Shown here one piece after another: positions 12,001-23,397 of a DNA stretch of 64,000 nt (its first letter is position 1; each line of letters begins with the position of its first letter). The stretch is from contig MEDY01000129.1 in the NCBI GenBank assembly GCA_001724265.1, positions 1 through 64,000 on the forward strand, written 5' to 3'. This DNA comes from Rhizaria sp. SCN 62-66. Its lineage: Eukaryota. A model generated the notes under the pieces. The model saw only the letters and a program-made list of their open reading frames with translations. It was not told the DNA's origin and ran no database searches. Position numbers and translations under genes: made by a program.

Positions 12001-14111
12001 GCGCATGCTGGGGCAGCTGCACGCGCTGCGCGAGGATGAGGAAACAGGCCGGCACTTGCGCTGGGTGGCGGACCGGTGCGTCAGCGCCGCCGTGGCCGCT
12101 GCGAGGGCTGCGGCGGGCGACGCCGGGGTCAGGGGCGAGGGACGCACCGAGAACAGTCGCAGTCACAAGGCCGCTGACGCGGACGGAAGCTCAAGTGCGA
12201 GTGATGTCGGTGCTAGTGCAAACACTAATGGTAGCAGTTAGACTGCAAACACAGACGGTGCCGCTGCGGATGCTGAGGCTGTGATGATGGCTGGGCTGCT
12301 CAGCGATATTGTTGCACCGTTAAGCGCAGTGCTTGGACTGATGTTCTTTGCCTCTGATGACGACTTCTTTGTGCTCCATTGTACGTGGCGCTACAGCATG
12401 AAAGCGACTTGAGAAATGCAACACAATGGTTTTAGACTATGCTCATTTTTATTTTATATTTGTTTTATCGTTTGAATCTATAGGCTCCAACTCATTCTTC
12501 GCGCTGCGCCAACTGCTGCCGTGCTTGGCTCCGTCACAGCTACAACCCGTTCTAACTGACGGCCTGGCCACAATCCTCACGATATGGCTTGCGCAAGTAC
12601 GTACATCTTCACAGAATCAGTTCGTCTTCAAAATATTTTCCGGACCAAGGCTTGTTGTTCACTCATGTCTCACTTGTTTATCGTTCACGCTTACACTATC
12701 TAAGGGTCTTCCCGGTGCTGACTCGGCTGAGATCCGCCACCTCTTCGACAACGGGCTCCCCAGCACCACGCCTTCGCCATCGCCGGTGCGCTCCCCCGCG
12801 CCCGGCTACTCAACCATTGCGCCTGGTCGGCTCACCACTGCTGTTCAGCGGCTCGAGAAGAACGTCAGCGCACCGCAAAACGGGGCAACGTTTGGCGTGT
12901 TTGCCCTCCGTGGCAGCGCCGTCGACCCTGTTCCTCAATCGACCAAAAAAAGCTCGATCTCATACTCAGGCAACAACGATTCTCAGTTTGCGAGCAACAA
13001 CATCAACTCTGCCTCCGGCACTGGCGCCGTCTCTGCCACGTGCCCAATGCTCCCACCGTGGGCCGTGCTGGGCTCCGCCGCCGTGGGGGCGGCGCTGCGC
13101 GACGTGCACCCCACCAAGTCCATCTGGATGCTGTCTTGCGACGCGCCGGTCCACGGGCGCTCGCACGTCGTGCTGCGCTGTGCTTTACCGACAGTCGCCG
13201 CTGTACCGCAGCACAGCGGCGCCAGCAGCACCGGCCGCGACGCGCGCGGCAGCAGTGACGACACAAGCGAGGCAACAGCGGAGACGCCAGACACTGCTGC
13301 TACAGAGGAGCGTCGAGAGCCCGCGACGCCGGCTGCGGTGGAGGCCGCTGCCGGCGCCTCAAGCGCCAAAGAGGTGTGCGCGGCGCTGGCCGAAGAAGCC
13401 ACCGCCTCCGCGTCCGCGCCCGCGTCGATCCCGCCCCACGAGCGCGCCACCGTGACCGCGGCCTCGATCCAGACGGGCGGCGGCGTCTGGCAGCGGCGCT
13501 GGGACGCGCTGTTCGAAGCTGAGTACGCGCACGCACAGCAGCGCAAGCGCAGCGACTATGCGGCCGCGGTCGCCGACGGGGGCGCTGCGCTGTGCGCGCG
13601 GCTGGGGCTCTCTGCGGGCGTGGGGAGCGGGCTCGGGCTCGCGGGCACGCCCTTAGCCGGTGTAACTGGCGGCCAGAGTCTAAGTGCTGCGCAGAGAGCG
13701 AGGAGCGCAAGCGTGCCCGTACACCCTCGTTATAGTGAGAGCGCGGGGGTGAATCTAAGTGCACCCTTAGACCGTGTGGATGAGGTTGTGACTCTGGAGG
13801 CCGCTGCAAGGGGCACGGTGCTCACAGGGTTCCTGCCCCCGTCACTCATGGGGAACGCGTGGCGTCGCACCGACACCACAGCCAACACCACAAACATTCA
13901 CGTTCAAAGCACTGACCGGCAGACTGCAAGCTGGACTGACGCCACGCCTGCTCACAGCACTGGCGTGGGCGCAAACGCCGGCGCGAGCGCGAGTGCGAGT
14001 GGCGCAATCAGCAATACGGCCAGCGCAGTGTCGTTGGAGCGTGAGTGCGGCGAGCGCGCACTGTGGCTAGAGGGGCTTGCACGTGCGACGGCGCTCAAGG
14101 CGGTGATCTGA
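9098..14111 (+). CDS. Questin oxidase-like (DUF4243) protein, ~1,564 aa, inflated by low-complexity insertions; exons 9098-9949, 10058-12380, 12484-12596, 12705-14111; in-frame TAG at 12239-12241
   Basis: Family-like motifs in the expected order: NHLSQGAVALLAL, YLPLLSPGFMGAVTHPLIQTG, EGLAWAA, DFFVLHCSNSFFALRQLLP, WLAQGLP. All splice junctions keep frame. Confidence 0.75.
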
Positions 14112-14683
14112 GGACATTCGCCAGAATAGGTATGTGAGTGAACGAGGTAAAAGTAACGTACAATACGTCTCAATCGAGAGAGGTTTTGGTCAAGCTATGC
14201 GACGCTGCTTGGATGTGATTTACAATAAACAATTGTGTTTTATTAAACTTCAAAGGATGACAGAGAAGATATGAACAATTGGGCAATGAATACAGGCCTG
14301 TGTAAATAATGTGATGCTCTCTTGGTAGCAATATGCATCTTTTTAGCTCACAATAAGAGCGAGCGAGCAAGAACAACAGAAGAGACTGGACTAGATAGAC
14401 AAACAGCAGGACCCAAATTCGGCAACATACAAACAGAAACACTGATGGGATAATGTAAGTCTTGCATATGCCACCATACACTTGTGATGCGCATACTTGT
14501 TGCCACTGGCCCATGTTTAAGCAAAATTGTGTCACAAGACAGTTTTGAAGCAGCAGCGACACACAAAGCAACCAGTCGATGCTCCACATGACCCAAACAT
14601 TCGGTGACAACATAAATAACCGTGTTCACAACCCGGTGAGGGCGCGAACTAGTTCAGTTTCGGCGTCTGTTTCTCTGTTTCTC

Positions 14684-15301
14684 TCAGTAGTTGGACGACG
14701 GGCGGCGCTGCTGCTGCTGCTGCTGGCGGTAGAAGTGCGCGGCCTGATTCTCGGCCAGCATGCGCGAGCGATCCTCCTGGATGCGGCGCGCGATCTCGCG
14801 GTCCACGACTTCCTCCTCGGGCGTGGGCTCGTTGCTCTTGGTGGTGTAGATCTCGGCCGCGATGATGACGCCGATGACGCCGAAGAAGATGGCCATGACG
14901 CGCCAGTTGACGCTCGAGCCCAGCGCGCCGAAGTTGCCGATCTGGTCGTAGCGGAAGAAGCGCGTCATGCCGGACTCCTGCGCGGCGTCGTGCGCGAGGA
15001 AGCGCTCGGGGACGACCGTGGTGACCTCCTTGGTGAAGACGTTGTAGTAGGTGATCTCGCCCGTCTTGGGGTCCTTGCGCTGGTGCCAGTCGCGCACGCG
15101 CGCAGTGCCGCGCAGCGCCAGCGCCCGTGTCGCGGACGTCGCCGAGGCGCTAAACGCCGGCGCGGTGGAAGCGCGCGCGATGGTGGCGGGGCGAGCGGAG
15201 GAGAAGAGGCGATGGGCAGAGGGGCGGGGAAGCACCGAGCTCTGCGAGCGGGCTGCGACCGAAGCCACATTCTTAGAAGCCATCGACAGACGGGATAACA
15301 T
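14684..15301 (-). CDS. Small protein: predicted mitochondrial presequence, WW-like domain, one TM helix, coiled-coil tail
   Basis: Arg/Ser/Ala-rich N-terminus lacking acidic residues; RDWHQRKDPKTGEITYYNVFTKEVTTVVP; VMAIFFGVIGVIIAA; GC3-rich codons; TGA stop. Confidence 0.75.
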   Translation of the reverse strand: MLSRLSMASKNVASVAARSQSSVLPRPSAHRLFSSARPATIARASTAPAFSASATSATRALALRGTARVRDWHQRKDPKTGEITYYNVFTKEVTTVVPERFLAHDAAQESGMTRFFRYDQIGNFGALGSSVNWRVMAIFFGVIGVIIAAEIYTTKSNEPTPEEEVVDREIARRIQEDRSRMLAENQAAHFYRQQQQQQRRPSSNY

Positions 15302-15905
15302 TGTCTACAAAATGTAAAATAAGAAATCAAATAATTTTGTAAGTGTTTAATTCAATCTATATTACCCTGGTGCTATTTAACGGTTTCTTGAAGACTCTGG
15401 ATGATCTTTCCCGCAGCTCTTGAAGCCCGACTAACCGATAGCTTGCCGTCACTTTCGCACGACCCTACCGCCGTCAGCGCTTGCATTGTCGGTACACAAG
15501 GGTTCTCGCAAGGTATATAAAGGATCAAGATCGAAAAAACACATTATGACAGATTTTAAGTAGTTTTCATACTGAAAATAGTGTATATTACTTTATAGGC
15601 CTTGATCACCGCGCGGTGTCTCCGTAATAAGACGGTGGATTCCAAGAATGACTGTACCGAAAGCAAGGCGAGTAGCACACTCAAACCTCGCTAACAGCAA
15701 TAAAAATACGGCCCTCAGTCACGGCCCCGCACTCAGACTATGTACCTGCGTAAAATCATCTCTGGCCACACGACAAGTCGTCACAGTCTCCGCAGTCGGT
15801 CACATATCAGCATGCGTAACAGTTAGGAGACAAACGCTTCCTGGCCCTCCGAGGAATGCTCTGAGCTCGCGACAACTCACTCACAGCTCACTCACTGCTC
15901 AGTGC

Positions 15906-17201
15906 TCACTGCGCCGCACTCTTGCCCTCCTCCGCCGCCGCAGTCGCGCCCGCAGTCGCAGTGGTGCCAGCGGTAGCCGCGGTTGCCGCGGACGCCGCGG
16001 CAACCGCAGCGTCGATGTCCACGTTGGCATTAAGCGCCATGATCTCCTCCACGGAGACCTCCCCCTTAGCCAGTCTAAGTACCCTCAGCGCGAACTCCAT
16101 CGTGTTATCCCCCACCAGCACCACGTCAAACGCCTCCGCGTACGCCTTGAGGTGGTTCTCGACCTTCTTGCCGACGCCAGTGTTGAGGTATCCCACCCGC
16201 AGGACCGCGCCGGCGTCGTGCTGCGCGTCGTTGCTCATGGTGACGTCGCCCAGCGAGTCGCCCAGCAGCAGCACGTTGCGGCGCGATGTCACGTGCTGCT
16301 CGAACGCCGTCCCGCGGACTAGCCCGTCGTGCTTGTTGAAGACGTGGATGGGGCCGTCGGCGTTGGTGAACTCGGCCGCCAGTCCGTCTTTGAAGCCGAC
16401 GACGTTGGAGATGACGTGCATGTTGGCGCTCAGCAGTCCCTTGCGTTGCAGCACGTCCTCAATCACGTTCGCGATGCCCGCCGAGAAGACCAGAAACGGA
16501 ACATCCGCGGCCTCGCACAGCCGCAGCAGCGTGGCGCAGCGGGAGCGGAACGTGATCTTGTCTTCGACCGCGGTCACCATGCGCGCGAAAATCCCCTCCG
16601 GTAGCTTCTCCGCCACCAACGCGGCTTGCGCCAGCCCCCACCACTCGACCATCTTCCCAACGCGCTGCGCGTGCGACAGCGCCGGGTCGATTTCGCACGG
16701 GTAGTACGTGTTGAACAGCTCGCGCGTGCGCGCGCGGTACGCTTCGGACGTGAAATGCGACCGCTCGAGCACGCACCAGGAGGAGAGTCCCTCGGGGGTG
16801 GTCATCGTCGCGTCGAAGTCGCTCACGCAGTACAGGTCGCGCAGCCCGCCCGCCGCAATGCGCGCCAGCTTTGCGCGCACCGCGGCGGGGTCGCGGATGT
16901 GCGCCGTCGACGCGCGCAGGGCCGCGGGGTGCAGGTTCGCGCCGAGCCCGCGGACGTCGACCGCGGTGGCGGCCAGGACGGCGGCCGCAGCGTCGTCCGC
17001 GGGCGGCAGCGGGGACACCGCCGTGATGGCTGAGTGGGCGGCGGCGGCGGCAGCGTCTGTTGGGACTGCGAGAGTGCTGCTGCTACTGCTACTGCTGCTG
17101 CTGCTGCCGTGGGCGGCGGTGGCAGGGACGGGGAGGAGGACGCTGGTGTTAGCGCCAATCGAGGCCGGGTGCGTCGTCGCGGCGTTCAAAGAGCTGCTCA
17201 T
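15906..17201 (-). CDS. NT5C3: Pyrimidine 5'-nucleotidase (cN-III / NT5C3, HAD family)
   Basis: VSDFDATMT (HAD motif I), YYPCEIDP, MVEWW, FSAGIANVIE, IHVFNK, NVLLLGDSLGDVTM, FDVVLVGD. Confidence 0.93.
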   Translation of the reverse strand: MSSSLNAATTHPASIGANTSVLLPVPATAAHGSSSSSSSSSSTLAVPTDAAAAAAHSAITAVSPLPPADDAAAAVLAATAVDVRGLGANLHPAALRASTAHIRDPAAVRAKLARIAAGGLRDLYCVSDFDATMTTPEGLSSWCVLERSHFTSEAYRARTRELFNTYYPCEIDPALSHAQRVGKMVEWWGLAQAALVAEKLPEGIFARMVTAVEDKITFRSRCATLLRLCEAADVPFLVFSAGIANVIEDVLQRKGLLSANMHVISNVVGFKDGLAAEFTNADGPIHVFNKHDGLVRGTAFEQHVTSRRNVLLLGDSLGDVTMSNDAQHDAGAVLRVGYLNTGVGKKVENHLKAYAEAFDVVLVGDNTMEFALRVLRLAKGEVSVEEIMALNANVDIDAAVAAASAATAATAGTTATAGATAAAEEGKSAAQ

Positions 17202-17646
17202 TGAACGGCTGCAAGGCAGTGCAGAGAGAACCAGAGTAATTTTCGTGTAGATTAGAACAGAGAGAGGTTATGTGGTGAGTGAACACAATTGCAGGGGCGT
17301 AGTGGGGGCGAATGGCGGAGCGTCCGATAAGCGACTTCGGCTTTTGTGGCTGCAGGCGCGTAAGAGAGGTTTCTGAATGGGGAATGTCTTTTCAAGATGT
17401 AAATTAATGAACATCACAGAAAAACGCACTGTTCTCGTCCGGGGGCTAAAGAACTGCCTTCTTGACGGACGTAAGTCACACGACCGCGTTGTACAAAATT
17501 TACGCTTTGGCATTGTTGCCGTCATGGATCTGCGATTTCCCCTTTGTGATGTTTTGAATCACGACGGATATATCGTCTCAAGAGCGCTTTGGAGATACAA
17601 GGCTAGGTTAAAAGGCAAGAACACACTTGATTAGACTCTTGTCCGA

Positions 17647-19342
17647 ATGAGCTCTGGCTTCATGGGTAGTCCGTCGCGTATTTCGCGCTTCGACATGTAC
17701 CGCTCAGTTCCCAAGGACCTTGCAGAGCCCACATCAATTGGCGGCACAGGTACGTAAGATCGATACATATCAAGTGCATCACGAGACATGTCACGTGTTA
17801 TAAAAATTAGTTCCATAAAAAGCTGGCCATATCTTCATTAGACTTGTTAATATCACTATATCCGACTTGTTGTTCTTACCTACCCGTGCCATTCTTCGTG
17901 GCGCCATCGTGTCCTACATCTCCGTTCTCCGTCACAGTCTCTCTGCTCGCGATGGTGGTAATGGGCTACCTCTTTCTGACCGAACTCTACTCGTACCTGA
18001 CCCCCACAATTACCAGCACTCTTTCCGTCGGCAGCGAGAACGACCTCCACGACAAAACTGACTGGGCTTCTGCCGCTACCGCCACTGCCTCTGCCTCTGC
18101 GTCCGCGGGCACGGAGGGCGAGCAGGGCGACGCGGCTGCCGTGGCGGAGGTGGACATGGTGCGGCTTAACTTCGACGTCACGATGCTGCGGCTGCCGTGC
18201 GTGGTGGCGAGCGTTGACCACCAGGACGTCATGGGCGGCCACACGATGGACATCCACGGGTCGGTCACCAAGACGCGCGTGTCCGCGACGGGCGCGATCA
18301 TCGGGCCCTATGTCCCGCACGAGGAGCGCGAGGACCACGGTGATCACGAGCATGGTGACGGCCGCGACAGTGAGGAGGCGCCTGCTGCGCCGGCGAGGTA
18401 CAACGCACAGAGCGACAAAGCAGGCAAAACGACGGCGACGACAGAGGGCGAGACGGCGGCGCGGGTCGTGATCAAGAAGCGGACGCCGCACATGCACGGC
18501 CACAGCCACGGCCACGGCGCCATCACGCCCGCGCTGGCGGCTCAGCTTGCGGCAGAGGCGGACGAGCAGATCGGTGAAGGTTGCCGCATCACTGGTAAGT
18601 TCAACTCTAACTGGAACACAAACGATTTAGCAGCATGGTTTGTAGTTTTGCTCTAAAATGTATTCATCTGTAAATTTAAGTATTTTCATTTTATGTTTAA
18701 ACAGCAAGTTTCAGTGTTACTCTAGGTTCATATCACAGCTCTTCTAAAATGTCTGATCATATCTTTTTTCATATCTTTTCTGTTTTAGGTTTCATTTCTG
18801 TCAAGAAGGTTCCCGGCAACTTCCACATCTCCGCCCACGCGCACGCGAACCTCCTCCCGCGCCTGTTTCCCGCCGCGACGGGCGCTTTTATGGACGTCTC
18901 GCACCGCATCCACGCGCTCTGGTTCGGCTCCACGGCCGCGGGCGCCGCCGTGCGCAGCCACGTCGCGGCGGCGCGCCTCGACCCGCTCGCTGGCTCCACC
19001 GCGCGGCTGCCGCAGGTCGGCCCGCGCGCCGCGCCCTACTCGCAGGAGTACTTCCTCGAGGTTGTGCCCACGACGTTCACGGAGCGCGGCGGCCGCGTGC
19101 ACCGCGTGCACCAGTTCGTCGCGCACCGCACCGCCGTGCAAGGCCGCTACGCCATCCCCGCCGTGTACTTCCGGCTCAACTTCTCGCCCATTGCGGTCGC
19201 TTTTACGGCGGAGGGAAAGCCACTGGCGCAGTTCGTGGTGCAGGTGTGCGCGATCGTCGGCGGCGTGTTCACCGTGCTGGGGCTCGTGTCCGGCTGGCTA
19301 AACTCGTCGTACAGGGTGCTTGTCAACAAGAGGCCCATGTGA
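17647..19342 (+). CDS. ER-Golgi intermediate compartment protein (Erv46/ERGIC family); exons 17647-17749, 17938-18594, 18789-19342
   Basis: FDMYRSVPKDLAEPTSIGG, LNFDVTMLRLPC, EGCRITGFISVKKVPGNFHIS, EYFLEVVPT, PAVYFRLNFSPI, VCAIVGGVFTV; two TM helices. Confidence 0.93.
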
Positions 19343-19420
19343 GACGAGAGCGATCGCGGCGAGACGGTTCTGCAGTGAGACGTCTCTGCTCTGAGCGCCA
19401 GTGGAGCTCACCATCGTCGT

Positions 19421-21985
19421 TTATATCCTGGGCTTGAACTTGAGGAAGCGAACAGTCATTTTCCCCACGTAATTGCCCTCAAGGCACCACTTCGCTTGGC
19501 AGCGCGCATTGAGACCCTTCAAGACCGGGGCGTCGAAAGGCTCGTCTCCACTGTCGTGTTTGGCCGGCTCATTGCCCGCCACGCATGACATCACACGGCC
19601 GACAGGCACGGCGCCGCGCATGAGGTTGACCGGACACTGTCTGAAGACGATGAACCAGGGCGAATCATGATTACCCTTGTTCTCAAGTTCACCGGGAAGT
19701 ACGCTGCGTGGATACATTAAAACTGTGCCGACGGGATACATCGTGATTTTGTTTTCGCTTTTGCTTTTGGTTCTCGAAGCAGACATCGAGTATTCGCCGT
19801 ATACGATGTCGCTATCGGGAAACTGGATTCGATCAGTGTTGCGATGGCACTCACAGTCATATTTATAGAAAACCAGTACTGGCATTGCTGCGGATTTACC
19901 GCGGGGCACAATGCACACGTGTCGATAGTTGCCAAGAGCTTGCCTGACAAGTCCTGCACGGAAATGCGCAGCATTGCAGGGAAACTTCTCATCATTGAGC
20001 CTGATTACCATACTGTACGTTTTTTGCGTTGAGTACGATTCGTTAAGCTGAAGTTTCATCACCACATCAGACGTCATGTGCTCACTTTTCACTTTCGACT
20101 TTGCAAAGGCAATGATGCTTTCCCGTGCCCTGACCTGTGAAAGGGATAGGACAGCTTGAGACGGCTCATTAGTGGGGCGTGAGTGGTTCAGCTGTTGAAT
20201 GTAGCCGCTTTCTTTGAGCTTGCACACAATGTACGTGTCAAACGCGTCCTGCCAAAACAACTTAGACCGCTTCAAAAACCCACCCATTTCTTCGAGAGTC
20301 TGCAGGCGCACCTTCTTCTCTGAAGCTGTTTCAGGTGCAATCACCGCCATTCTGACGAGCAGTGTGCGCAATTGCTCGAGCTCGTGCAACGCGGGTGCAC
20401 CGTCGCTTGTGTTCAGGTGATCGTCATTTTGCAGCAGCTCGAGCGCTTGCAGCCCGCGGCCGGCGATGAGCTCGGCCACGAAGGGGTTCCACGGCGTAAC
20501 CCTGCGTTGGTGCACTGCAGGGTCTGGTGAGGTGTCGCTGGTGCTGATCATTACGCGCAGCAGGTGCAAAAGAGACGTCACACTTTTTGTAAACAGCCAT
20601 GTATACATGGCTGTCGTTGCAAAAAACGTTAGCAATGCGCAACATGTCTTCATTGCGCCACTGGCAAGCAGCTGCTTTGCCATGAGCGTAGCGTCTGAGG
20701 CAGTGTTTAACATATTGTTTAACAAGAGGACAGTATTGATTCCAACTATATCGCAATCCATTATGCGAATAGACTCGTAGTACTTGCTGTGGTGAACTTC
20801 TATGCAGTTTAGAATTGGGGCGAAGCCACGTGCGCGCGAGAGACTCTGGGCGAACTCAGGGAAGTGAGCTGTCAATCGCACAAGCATGGGGAGATAGATT
20901 ACGAGGGACTTAATATCCCATTGATGATCCGATATATTGTTGACGCCAATATAATCGAGAATTTTCTCAAGACGGGGCTTTGTAAAGGCCCACATCAACG
21001 TAGAATTGTCAAACAAGCGCATAAAGTTACGAAGCAATCTTGGACTCCCGAGATCCCATAGAGTTGGCACAAAGTCATCACTCGCCGCAAACTCCGCAAG
21101 GTCACGACGGCGCTGTGCATCGCCTGCTGAGCGAGCACTGGCGTTTAGGCACGCACACACGCTGTCATTATCGTCGAGGCTTTTAACTTGGTTGTCACGG
21201 CTACAGTCGCACTCGAACAGATAGGAGAGCGCAGAGTAGACGACGCAAGGAAGCCTTGAATTCCACTCACGCTTTGGATGGTCTTGGATGATGTTGCGCA
21301 TCAGTGTGACAAAAGGTGACGCGTCTGCGTACGGAAGCCGTGGCTTGGCATTTATGTTGTCCCTATAGGATGCGTGAAGGAGATGCAGAGTGGACTGTAC
21401 AGCTCCATAATATTGAAGATGCGCTGCTGTCACGTATGGCCGGCGTCCGTCTTGGATCGCCACTCGATGCAAGCGGGGCAGGATATGCGTCAAAGCACTG
21501 ACCCAGACTGACGTGTTGACATCCGCTATAGTCACTATGGCACCCACAAGATTCAGGATATTTGTCACCATGAACAGCTGAGGACGGAGTGAAAGGAGCC
21601 CAAGAAGCTTCTCAACGGTGCCATACTGAGATATAAGTTTTTCCTCCGCATCGTGCTTGTCGATCAATGCAAGCAGCTTGATCGTGACCTTTAGCTGTTC
21701 AGTGATAGGGCTGTTGACTTTGTCCGTGGGTCTGCTGAAGTTACTCGTGATGACGAGCGACTGCAGAATCAGTGTTACGACCCCGCTCTCGCGGAGCACT
21801 TCGATGCAACGAGACGAGGATAAGTGAATGCAAAGCGCCTGTCGAGCGGTGATTTGCTTCTCTGACAGGGATGTAACATCACCGATTGCTGCGTATAACT
21901 GTGCGTACAACTTTTGCTTCTTGCTCTCCGATATGTCGTCGAATGCGGGATCGTAGGACGAGACAGAATCAGAGGAGCCTGACAT
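19421..21985 (-). CDS. Intronless ~854-aa protein: helical (ARM-like) N-terminal region plus degenerate cyclophilin-like C-terminal domain
   Basis: Long ORF with Leu-rich helical segments (ESGVVTLILQSL, YGTVEKLLGLL, LLASGAMKTCCALL); C-terminus paralogous to 66..953; TAA stop. Confidence 0.75.
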   Translation of the reverse strand: MSGSSDSVSSYDPAFDDISESKKQKLYAQLYAAIGDVTSLSEKQITARQALCIHLSSSRCIEVLRESGVVTLILQSLVITSNFSRPTDKVNSPITEQLKVTIKLLALIDKHDAEEKLISQYGTVEKLLGLLSLRPQLFMVTNILNLVGAIVTIADVNTSVWVSALTHILPRLHRVAIQDGRRPYVTAAHLQYYGAVQSTLHLLHASYRDNINAKPRLPYADASPFVTLMRNIIQDHPKREWNSRLPCVVYSALSYLFECDCSRDNQVKSLDDNDSVCACLNASARSAGDAQRRRDLAEFAASDDFVPTLWDLGSPRLLRNFMRLFDNSTLMWAFTKPRLEKILDYIGVNNISDHQWDIKSLVIYLPMLVRLTAHFPEFAQSLSRARGFAPILNCIEVHHSKYYESIRIMDCDIVGINTVLLLNNMLNTASDATLMAKQLLASGAMKTCCALLTFFATTAMYTWLFTKSVTSLLHLLRVMISTSDTSPDPAVHQRRVTPWNPFVAELIAGRGLQALELLQNDDHLNTSDGAPALHELEQLRTLLVRMAVIAPETASEKKVRLQTLEEMGGFLKRSKLFWQDAFDTYIVCKLKESGYIQQLNHSRPTNEPSQAVLSLSQVRARESIIAFAKSKVKSEHMTSDVVMKLQLNESYSTQKTYSMVIRLNDEKFPCNAAHFRAGLVRQALGNYRHVCIVPRGKSAAMPVLVFYKYDCECHRNTDRIQFPDSDIVYGEYSMSASRTKSKSENKITMYPVGTVLMYPRSVLPGELENKGNHDSPWFIVFRQCPVNLMRGAVPVGRVMSCVAGNEPAKHDSGDEPFDAPVLKGLNARCQAKWCLEGNYVGKMTVRFLKFKPRI

Positions 21986-22603
21986 CACGTATACGTGCAC
22001 GAATCAACTTCCCGAGGACTTGCTATTTTTTGGGTGAAAAATCACGTTGTATGGACTTGTTGGGCTCTGTACGTTGGTTGTAATGAGATCATGTTTGAAA
22101 TGAGCTTTGAGATGAGATTGGGTCTGGGCGACATCAGGGTGATCCCACGAACAAGAGACAGCAACACCGAATACAATTATTGCACTTTATCTCTAACTTG
22201 TTGAGTATTTGAGATACGATTTCGAAGACAAGCAACACCTTTCTAGCCCTCCCTCACAGTTTACTCTTGGCGATGTCTCTGTGATGGCGATCAGCACATG
22301 GGTAAGCAACTCAATTTCGATCGTGTTCGCAAAAATAGTCTATATGACATGCTGTTCAGAGAATATTATTACGTGTTGTTGCAATGATCATTTGTCAAAA
22401 TTTATTCCGGTCTAAGCTGATTTATATTCGAATTACATATGCGTGCTGTGGTACGAATAATATTGTCAAAGCGGTGCTGCTGCGACTTAAAGAAGTTACG
22501 CCGACTTGAAGCGCACTTGAGCGAAGATGTGCACAACTCAATCAAATTAAATTCTCGTACAACGATTACATATAAATCCTATATCTAAGTATCGGCCGGG
22601 TAC

Positions 22604-23397
22604 TTAGAGCCCAAGCGCCTTCTTGACGTCGTCGCGGTCCTCCTGCCACTGCAGCGCGGCCAGTACGACTGACGCGAAATTGTCCTTGTCGCTCAGAGAC
22701 GCGTACGCCGTCTCGATAACCTCTTTCCTGTAAGACGGCAGGCAGTCACAGCGGATTTGGTGCAACGCAACAAGGTATGTCGTGAGAAGATGAGAAGGAC
22801 GAGCGGCCACAGTGGTGAGCGCGAGATGTGACGAGCATAGAGGGTCGAGAGAGAAGGAGAATGAGGATTGCAACAGGGCGAAATTGAGTTCAAAGATCAA
22901 AATAGGCAACATTAATACAGTTATACGCAGCAAAAAGTGGTAAACGTGTTTTCAAGCGACTTCAAGATGATTGTTGATGACATCAGAGACAAGAAATGAA
23001 CCGTAATACGCGAAGAGGGTTGATCCGTTGACGTACTGGATGGTCTTGACGATTGCGATAAGGTCCTTGAGCTGGGCGCAGGTAATGGTGTGGTGTGCAG
23101 CCATAGCCTTAATCTTGGCAATTTGGTCGCGGGGCTGCATCATGCCGCGCGACAGGCTGGGCGCGGCAGAGCGAGGCAACGAAGAGAGCAGTGTTGTCGT
23201 TTGTGGATGAGCAAAAGGCACGTACAAGAGTCAGCATATCGGGCAGCAGTCAAAGCTCACAGTCATACAACCCACACGCTCGCATAGAAAGCACATCAAA
23301 ACACAAATTAAAAAATCTTACAATAGAGGTCAGAGTATCAGACGTACCTGGCGACAAGATCCTTAAACTGACCGTCGTCCAAAGGGGTGGTAGCCAT
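22604..23397 (-). CDS. Stand-alone DUF4476-like protein, 97 aa; exons 23397-23348, 23156-23037, 22727-22604
   Basis: Spliced frame MATTPLDDGQFKDLVASLSRG...HTITCAQLKDLI...IETAYASLSDKDNFASVVL...EDRDDVKKALGL fits the DUF4476 pattern (TCxQ, DKxNF, DR); two GTACGT introns; total length 294 nt. Confidence 0.75.
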
